A stretch of 64,000 nt of DNA from Vicugna vicugna (lineage: Eukaryota): the NCBI GenBank assembly GCA_013265495.1, contig MU058796.1, positions 496,001 through 560,000 on the forward strand. Reading direction: 5' to 3'. Both the position numbers and the translations under genes were made by a program. The first letter of the stretch is position 1. The number at the start of each line of letters is the position of its first letter. Positions 56,256 through 64,000 of this stretch are shown piece after piece. Below the pieces are notes generated by a model. That model was given only the letters and a program-made list of their open reading frames with translations. It made no database searches and had not been told where the DNA came from.

Positions 56256-58542
56256 AGGTCAATTTATCCATTCTTTTGGTGGAAGGAAAATTAAATGTAT
56301 TCTTTAGTTTTAGAAAATGATATAAATTCCCAAATCTTTTGAGCAACTTCCTTCTTCACTTTAGTCCAAAGTCCTTCATGCTGTTGGTCCATTTCAACCT
56401 TGAATTCAGTCCCTTTTCTCTCTCACCTGTTCCTGGCTTGGCAGTGTGATAGAGGCTTCAGGGGGAAGGGGAGGAAGATTAGGTATATGAAAAGTTTACT
56501 CACAATTTGAATTATTCCATGAGATTTCTGTCATGAATGCATTTTGAGTATATATTAAAACCATTTACAACATAATAGCTTTATTGACTATAAAATATGG
56601 AAGTAATGTATAAAAGGGATATCTAACTCACAGGAGTTTAGACTTCTTTGTTTCTGAATGGCGTCAGGGTGAGGTAAAGGGAGGGTCTTTGTAGGTATGG
56701 GTACTTTCAAGCAAGGAAATAAAAGGAGTTTAATTGGTAATGGAGACCAGGTTAGCAGTTGAGGATCCTGAGATCAAGAAACTTAAAAAACGAGCAGTGA
56801 AATCCTGTTGCTATAAAATTTAAGAAAGTAGAAAATGAAACATTAGTTGAAACATTAGACATTGATCTGTTGAGAAATCTTAAATCCACCTGCTGTTTAA
56901 AATTTTAGGGTATGAAATTTCTTCTGTGATTCATGTTAAAATAATTTATTTACACTAAATGGGGAACCACTGGCGAATTTCTTGAAATGATTGAACCAAT
57001 TTAAGAGAAATACAGAATAAGAAGAGTAAAAAACACGATGTTGCATAAAAATGTTTACATTACCCATGCCTTTGAAAATTATTTTATATGGCATTTTTTA
57101 ATTGTCATACAGTATTATAGATTTATCTTGATAAAAGTTAATCATTAGTTTAATTTGTACAATTTTAGTTATAATTTATTTACTGTTCCATTAAGGCTTC
57201 CATTTGCTGTTCATTTTGTAATAATACCTTAACCTATAAAATTTACCTGTTTGATCCTGTAGAAGTTTTAAGATCTTTGCTGCTATTTGAGGAAGAATTA
57301 GCCTGATTTGAGCTGAAGTGGCTCCAAGGTGCATGACTCACATACCTGCCCATCCCTAACTCAGTTCTCCTACTCTCCTTTAATTAGTTCTGCTAAAAAC
57401 TGGGCTACTTTTTCATTCTTTCCTTGCTGTTTTATGGACTAGTTATTTAATGCACTGCAGAATGTCTGGTATTCAAATTATTAAGTAAATTTTTTTATAA
57501 TGCTCTTGTTCTGCTTGCTTTGTCTTCCTAATTTATATACTATCAGAAAATATAATAAACCCCCTGTGAACATTACATTCCATTGGTTGTAATCAAGTCA
57601 AATTATAAAGGAAATTGTTGTTGCCTTTACAAAGCTTATAAAAAGATCATTTGGACAAATAAATAAAACTTAAATAAATATCATCTTGCCTAAAATTCCA
57701 GCTTAATTCTAATAATCTCAATGAATTAATGACACAAAAAATAAGAAAACATTTCAGTAGGCATGAATAGGTCATTCTAGGCATCATGTTAGTGACATTC
57801 TTTTTAATGTTTTTTAGGGAGTACTAATTTAGAAGAACTGAATTCATAGTCATTGTCATATTGGTAGCGTAAGCATATTGATCTATGAAAATAGTAAGAG
57901 TAACACAAGACTTAGACATTCAGTATGTGCCAGGCACGATGCTGGATACTTAAAATGCATTCTTCCGTTGATGCAGGTGATAGCATGGAAGGTGCGATCT
58001 GTTAGCTTCGTATGTGATATCCAAGAGTATAAAAGTGCCTATGATAGAAGACTTAACACAAAGCTGGATTTAGAGGATAAGCTTAAGTCTCTGGCTCTTC
58101 CTGTTTTAACATGTTGTCAAAACTTAACTCCCAAGCTGTTCAATTTATGACTCTGTGTTTTTTGTTCAGTCATAGTACCATTTTTTAATTGCAGTTTTAA
58201 TTCTTAAATATAGCGAGCTTCCAGGTAACTTTTATTTTTTTTAGTACATGTTGAATATGTCAAAAATTCCAATTAGAATGTATACTAGAATAGTAGAGAA
58301 CTGTTAGGCTAATTTCTTTTTATTTCAAATTAAAATGCAGTGACTCATGATACAGAAATATTACAACATAAAGAAATAGGACTTCTGTAATTCTTTAGAG
58401 CAACCCAGTATCAGTTGAAGTTTATTAATTATGGTATGAGTTGCTTGAAGAAAATACGAATCAATTCTCTATTATATTTCTTTAGTAAACATAAGCAAAT
58501 AAACTGTTAAGTTACACAAGTTTGATTTGTTTTGTTTTCCAG

Positions 58543-58652
58543 GTGCAACAATCGAACACAGTGTATAGTAGTTACTGGGTCAGATGTATTTCCTGATCCA
58601 TGTCCTGGAACATACAAATATCTTGAGGTCCAATATGAATGTGTCCCTTACA
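58543..58652 (+). CDS. ADGRL2: ADGRL2 coding exon (110 nt, phase 2 to phase 1), C-terminal part of the lectin domain
   Basis: Acceptor tttgttttccAG (58541-58542); reads (R)[36 protein letters not shown] plus one A; donor ACA|GTAAGT at 58653. Phase matches the previous exon. Not in the ORF track. Confidence 0.97.
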
Positions 58653-61600
58653 GTAAGTATGAAGTTTGAACTTTTCACTTTCTGCAGCATTCCTCGCTGG
58701 TGCTGAGAGACTACACATGTGAAAGAAGCATATGTTTATGGCCTACAGCACTATTATGCATGCAGAGCACTAACAGACTCGGGCCTCCAATTAGCTTCAT
58801 GAAGTGTGGAAGGCAGCCATAGTGCGATGCTGGCCAAGTGTCTGTCTGTGTTCTTAAGTGTTTGGCTTTTAAGGCTAGTGTTTTTCCAGAAAACAAACTT
58901 GAATTAGCTATTCAGGAGGGCAGATAGAAATCTGTGCTTTTGCCCAATACCAGTTGCTGACAAATTGGTTTGGCTCATAGTTTTCTAAAGAAGGAATTGA
59001 CTTTGGTTTTAATCGTGAGCTACTTGAATGGCTACCTGCTGCTGTGGTAACTTCGGTGCCTGGTGAAAGCTGCCATCGCAGTAACTGAGGCAAGTGCTTT
59101 CCTTTTTGTTCCCTTGGTCCTAAGAGAGCACCTCTTTACCAGGTTCAGAGATGACGTCTTAACACTGAATAAAATACACATAACAAAACCTTGGACATAC
59201 TTTTATTTTTAATTTTGCAACATCCCTTTTTAGTAAGATCTTATGGAGGTCTATTTGAAACTCAACTGGAAATTTCATTACGTCGGCTTCAACTAATGCT
59301 GTAATTCTGTGGTTTTCCTCCTAATCTCGGAATTCATACTTCTAAATTGCATTTTATACTTTCAATAGGAAAAAAGTTTCAGTATATTACCTAATTTTCA
59401 TAAGCTAACTTGTTTGATATTGTTCCTTTTAAATTTGAAAAGAATGTTTCATGTCACCTTAATTCATATGTGTTTGAATTAAAAGTTCTTTAGAGCAGCA
59501 GTTTTATTGATTTGCTTTAGGAGGACTTAACCACCTTAAAGCAAAACAAAACAAAACAAAACTGGACTCAAACTAAATAATGAAATTGCTTTTCCCAGAA
59601 CCTCAAAAACCAGGTCATGAGTTCTGATAGTCATGTGTTCAGACTATCGGTATTTCTAAGACCAGAAGGTCAATCTAAGATGGCTCTGCTGTGTCCCACA
59701 TGGTAGTCACACACTTTCACACATCCTGTGAAGGCGCTATCTCATTTCTCTGCCCTCAGTCTTGATAAATTGGCTTTTTGTGGGGGTATCAGTTAAAGGC
59801 CAAACACAGGTTATTTTTTCTTTTTATTCCTGCTCTGTGTTCCTGTGTTACTGTGAAATGGATGCTTTTTATGTTTTCAGTATTTTCTATACCATTTGTA
59901 GGATGGGAAGCCTACTGAGTGCACTGATCTTTGTATCATTTCTCCTGTGTGTAGTGTCAGTAGATTACATAATCATTCCTCCCCTGCCACTAGAGGAACA
60001 TTATATCTTTTGAGCTAACCAAAATTTTGTTCCATAAAGTCACTTTCATTTGAATTTAGCATGGTTTCTGTCCTCAAATTAAAAAGGAATACAGCATCCA
60101 TTCCCAAACAGTGGAATCAGTCAGAGCTGCCAAGAATTGTCTTTCTGGAGCCAGTTCCTGCCACCTAGTCTGTAGACCAAGCACAGTGTTAAGAAAATAT
60201 TATTTTCAGACTTTTAAGTTATTTCTTGTGCTGTTTAAGAAAGGAAAATGTGGATATCTTCTGGGACATCTAACTTTCAAAATTTTACTTTTTCAGTTCT
60301 CCAGAAGTATTGTACATTGTGCACCATACTTGCAAATAGCTATACTCAGAGAAGTATTTGTACTTTTTAGTTTCTGTCCTTAAACAAACACTCCAGTAAT
60401 TGATTTGCTATTACCTTTCTAGATGTTTGCAAGAGGCAGAAATAAATCTATGGCTCTTTTTTTAACTACTTTTTGCTAAAAAACAGAAGTAATTATAATT
60501 CCTATATACCGTACAGTAGTGACACACTATAAATTGCATGATTTTCACTAATATTAAAATTAATGCAGAGGATCTTTTTAGATTGTTCTGATCTTCTATA
60601 GGACTGTGTGTCTCCTTAATCTCTTTCCCTTTTTCCCCCTTCTTTTGTTTATGCTTGATTATACCCATTTCTTAAACATTTTATTTTCTTTATAAATAGT
60701 TTTTATTTTACTTTTTATTGTATTTATTTATTTATTTTTATTTTAAGCTTCTAGCTTTCACTTTCCCCTTGTTTTAACAGTGTTTTTGTACTTTGTGGTA
60801 TTTGCGTACCCTTTTTACAGTCTACTTAGCTGATGAAAATTGTCATCTTCTGATCACATTTATTATGTGTCTCTTACCTCCTGGCTTTATGCCAGTTTCT
60901 ATCCAGGGCAAACTCTTTGAGTACTTATCCATCCCAAACTGTTTCTTCTTACTTGAAGGAAAAAAAAAAACAAACCAGGAAATTTGCATGATCTCTGAAC
61001 ATTTTATAATCAATTTACTCAACAGAGTTTGTTATAAATGCTGTTGTTTTACTTTGTATATTTATAGAAGGCACATGTATTATATTTGATATTTATATTT
61101 GCCCTAATGTTTGTGTCAAAAATGTATCTATGTAGAGCATCCTTTATGGTTAACAGAAGTGTTGGTAATTGAATGAATGTGTGTTTAAAAGAAGTCATAA
61201 GGATCTTGTAGGATAAAGGAGAATAATCAGATTGGAATTTCCGTATTCTACAGGCACAATTTGGTTTTGATTTTTTTTATTTCAAATTATTAAACTCATA
61301 CCATAATCTTAACTATAAGTTTTATTTGATGAGATAAAATAAATATTAATATTGATAAAAACATTTTTTATGAATAAACTTAAGATTATTCAAAATGAAA
61401 TAGTGTGTCACTTCAGATACAGAGTATGTAGGCTTTAATTCGTTTGGGTCAGTGTTTTGTCTTGCATAACCATGTCTTCCACTGATGTTACTGGGTCATG
61501 TATCTGTGTTTGTAAATGTACTGTTATGAAGTAATTCATGCAGTCTCTTAAGTTGTACTGTGTATTTGTGATGAAGAATGCTAATTTCATTAACTTTATT

Positions 61601-63742
61601 GTATTTTTGCATTTTTCTGGGTTAAGAGAATTTTGCCTATTGGGTTTTCATAAAAATCAGAATATGAGGACTTTTGTTTTAAATATCCATATTTTATGCA
61701 GTTCATCAGTCATCAAAGGTTTTTATTTAATTTTTTTTTAACTTCTACATTTGGGTGATACTTCTCAGTTTTCATTAGACTTACATATTATATACAATTT
61801 ATAATCTTTTTTTAATATAAATGATATCAGTTAAAGCACAAATGAAGACTTCCCTGTTTAGTTTGCTCAGTAACTACTCTGTTATTTTACCTTATCTAAT
61901 AATAAAGTCATTTGCAATTAATGGAGAGCAGAATATACCAGAACTTGTTTTAAGTTCTGTTTTAAATATGTAACATTTAAAAATATATTATTTCCATTTT
62001 TTGCATTTAGTTGGTTTATTTCAGTGAAATCATCCTTTCCTTAAAAAAAAAAATAGCTGTATGTAAAGATGGTCTGCGCAGGCACGACACTAACGATTTC
62101 TTTATCCCCATTTTCCCACCATGCCCTTCTGTTATTGATTCTAAGCAGGTATAATATTGCTCTTCACTGAGGAGAAATTTTAGGACTAGTGGTTTATAAA
62201 AAAGAATTGGTCTCCATCAGTAACTCTGAATTTCTTCTTTTTACTGGATGTAGTCAGATTTATGCATTAATAGAGCAAGTATGTTTCCTGAAAGTGGTTA
62301 AATAGACCAAGCTGGATGGGGGAGATGGTGCCTTAATGTGAAAAGTTACGTGTTATTTCTGTGGCAAAACTATTTGTTCAATATGTTTCTCCCTAAGGTA
62401 TTTCAGGAGGTCACTATTTAATCTTGATGAATAATTGTAATTTAAAAAATTAATCAAGCTAAAGCATCTTAATGAAATGTGCAACTACAGTATCTTTGAG
62501 CAATCAGTTTGGAGATACAGTATTAGCACACCCTAATGCATTTTAATAAGGAAAGAGGGAGAACCACAGACATTAATCTGGTCACTTTATGAAATTCAGG
62601 CAACATACTTCAAAGCCTACATACAATCTAAAATAGCATTTTACGGTTTGTAATTATTAGAGTACTACTTAACAGCAAGACTCTTAGATAACACACTTCC
62701 TAACTGCATCATCCATTTCTTTAAACTTCCGGGAGGGAGGATGCTTTTCTCCTGTAACTCTACTAACCAGGTTTGTTTTATGAAAGCATTTACCTATCAT
62801 GGGGTCTGTGGAATCAAGGTATTTGCTTTGAATGCTCGGTATGATTGTTGTTGCATGCTAGCTTGCTTTTGTGTAAATTGATAATGGTAGACAATGTCAT
62901 AATAAGCTAACCATAATTCTTTCTTCCTTTTTCTCCTTGCCTACTGTGCTTGCTTTTTCCTTGTATGTATTTTGCTTATTTTTTTAATAGACTTAGTATT
63001 ACACGTTTGAGATATGTGATGTACAGCATTTAATAACAATTTTATAATGTAACTTATATATAGACATAAATAAGTAAATTTATTAGTTATTAGTGGGGAA
63101 GAGAGGCACTACCTTACCCCACTTTTCAAAATAAGTACTAAGATAGACGGGGACGTTTCTGTACTCCTGAAAAGGAGGCTAATTTTGTTTACAGTTAAGA
63201 TGGGGGTCTTTATAGAAAAAGAAAATTTAGTAGAAAAAATTGAAATGTACTGAGATGTTTAATTAAATATTTCTTCTTACATAAATATCTTTAGAAAATG
63301 TAACCATATCAATATTTGTTAAATTGGACCTGAGCTCCAAAATTGAATATCCATTTTTATAAATATATTTCCTTTTGTTATGCATATCTAATTTTAGTTA
63401 GTTTAATAATGAGTTCACATTAGATAAGTGGGGTGATGTACCTATGCATGCATTTATGTCTGTAGCATACCGATGTAAAGTAAAACTTGGTAAGAATGCT
63501 GAGTGACTTTGCAAGGCAAGAGTAGGTATACCATGCATTAGTGAAGAATTTCATTATTTATTCAGGTACACTAAGTGGAGCAACATGCCAACATATTTGC
63601 ATTGCCTCCTTAATCTACTAAAATGATTGATCCATGTTCTTTCATGTAACTTTAGTATCTTTCTCCTGCTAGGTTTTCCTGTTGTGTGTTTCTCTTTATC
63701 CAAAGTAGTGCAACTCTTATTCTTCCTATATTTAGCATCTGT

Positions 63743-63834
63743 TACTAATTCAATCTTATAGTCAATTTATTTTAATCTTTTTTCTTTTTTCCTTGCACCT
63801 TTTTTTTTTATTTTTCTCCCGATGCTTAAAATAG
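63743..63834 (+). promoter_or_regulatory. 3' splice-site region of the microexon: branch-like TACTAAT, AG-exclusion zone, UGC motifs
   Basis: TACTAAT at 63743-63749; no AG from 63762 to 63832; TGC at 63794 and 63823, the latter about 10 nt before the acceptor. Confidence 0.65.
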
Positions 63835-63849
63835 AAGTGGAGCAAAAAG
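63835..63849 (+). CDS. ADGRL2: ADGRL2 microexon (latrophilin splice site A) in the lectin-olfactomedin linker: 15 nt KVEQK, or 12 nt MEQK from 63838
   Basis: ...aaaatAG|AAGTGGAGCAAAAAG|GTAAAT. With the upstream exon's terminal A it reads AAA GTG GAG CAA AAA G = KVEQK, the known latrophilin SSA insert. Preceded by a ~70-nt AG-free pyrimidine tract. Confidence 0.92.
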
Positions 63850-64000
63850 GTAAATAACATATACAGTTTGAACCCCAGCTCCCTGTTATGTGCCTTATGG
63901 ATGTTTCCTCCTCCCTTCCCTTCCCCCACAACACTCCTGACATTACAATATAATCAGCAGGACCTCATAAATGCACCTCATAGAGAAATCGACTGTTTAC

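Larger units (their letters stand above)
1..64000 (+). other. ADGRL2: Partial ADGRL2 (latrophilin-2) gene body: three internal coding exons and long introns; the start-codon exon and downstream exons lie outside the window
   Basis: Exons at 32054, 58543 and 63835 splice in frame into [20 protein letters not shown]...[44 protein letters not shown], recognisable latrophilin N-terminal sequence. Residues such as [30 protein letters not shown] and [10 protein letters not shown] match my recollection of the LPHN2 paralogue rather than LPHN1/3. Confidence 0.93.

Noticed and set aside
60605..60782. Pyrimidine-rich stretch with TCCTTAAT (U12 branch-like) and a ttttaacAG acceptor-like site
   Set aside because: The upstream donor is U2-type GTAAGT, several AGs intervene, no good donor follows, and the region is low-complexity.
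1..64000. Prokaryotic or viral system (operon, CRISPR array, defence island, retron)
   Set aside because: The DNA is mammalian intron with spliced exons and SINE/LINE repeats; there are no long ORFs and no regularly spaced repeat-spacer array.

Overview
This is AT-rich mammalian genomic DNA, not microbial. Four tRNA-derived SINEs of the vic-1 type suggest a camelid (alpaca/llama/camel). The whole window lies inside the + strand gene ADGRL2 (latrophilin-2/LPHN2, an adhesion GPCR). Three coding exons can be read with matching phases and GT-AG boundaries: 32054-32267 (214 nt) and 58543-58652 (110 nt), which encode the SUEL/rhamnose-binding lectin domain, and a 15/12-nt microexon at 63835/63838-63849 (splice site A, KVEQK or MEQK), which the ORF track misses. 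The rest is intron containing SINEs, L1/L2/MIR fragments, two solo LTRs, hAT DNA transposon remnants and microsatellites. All other ORF-track entries look spurious. The most interesting signals concern splicing: a NAGNAG acceptor at the microexon, three further acceptor-like structures in the 1.8 kb upstream of it, and a possible UG-repeat-repressed poison exon. There is also an unexplained ~165-bp dispersed duplication and several unusual transposon architectures. Repeat family names come from my recollection of consensus sequences and were not confirmed by search. I found no supportable wholly new gene system.
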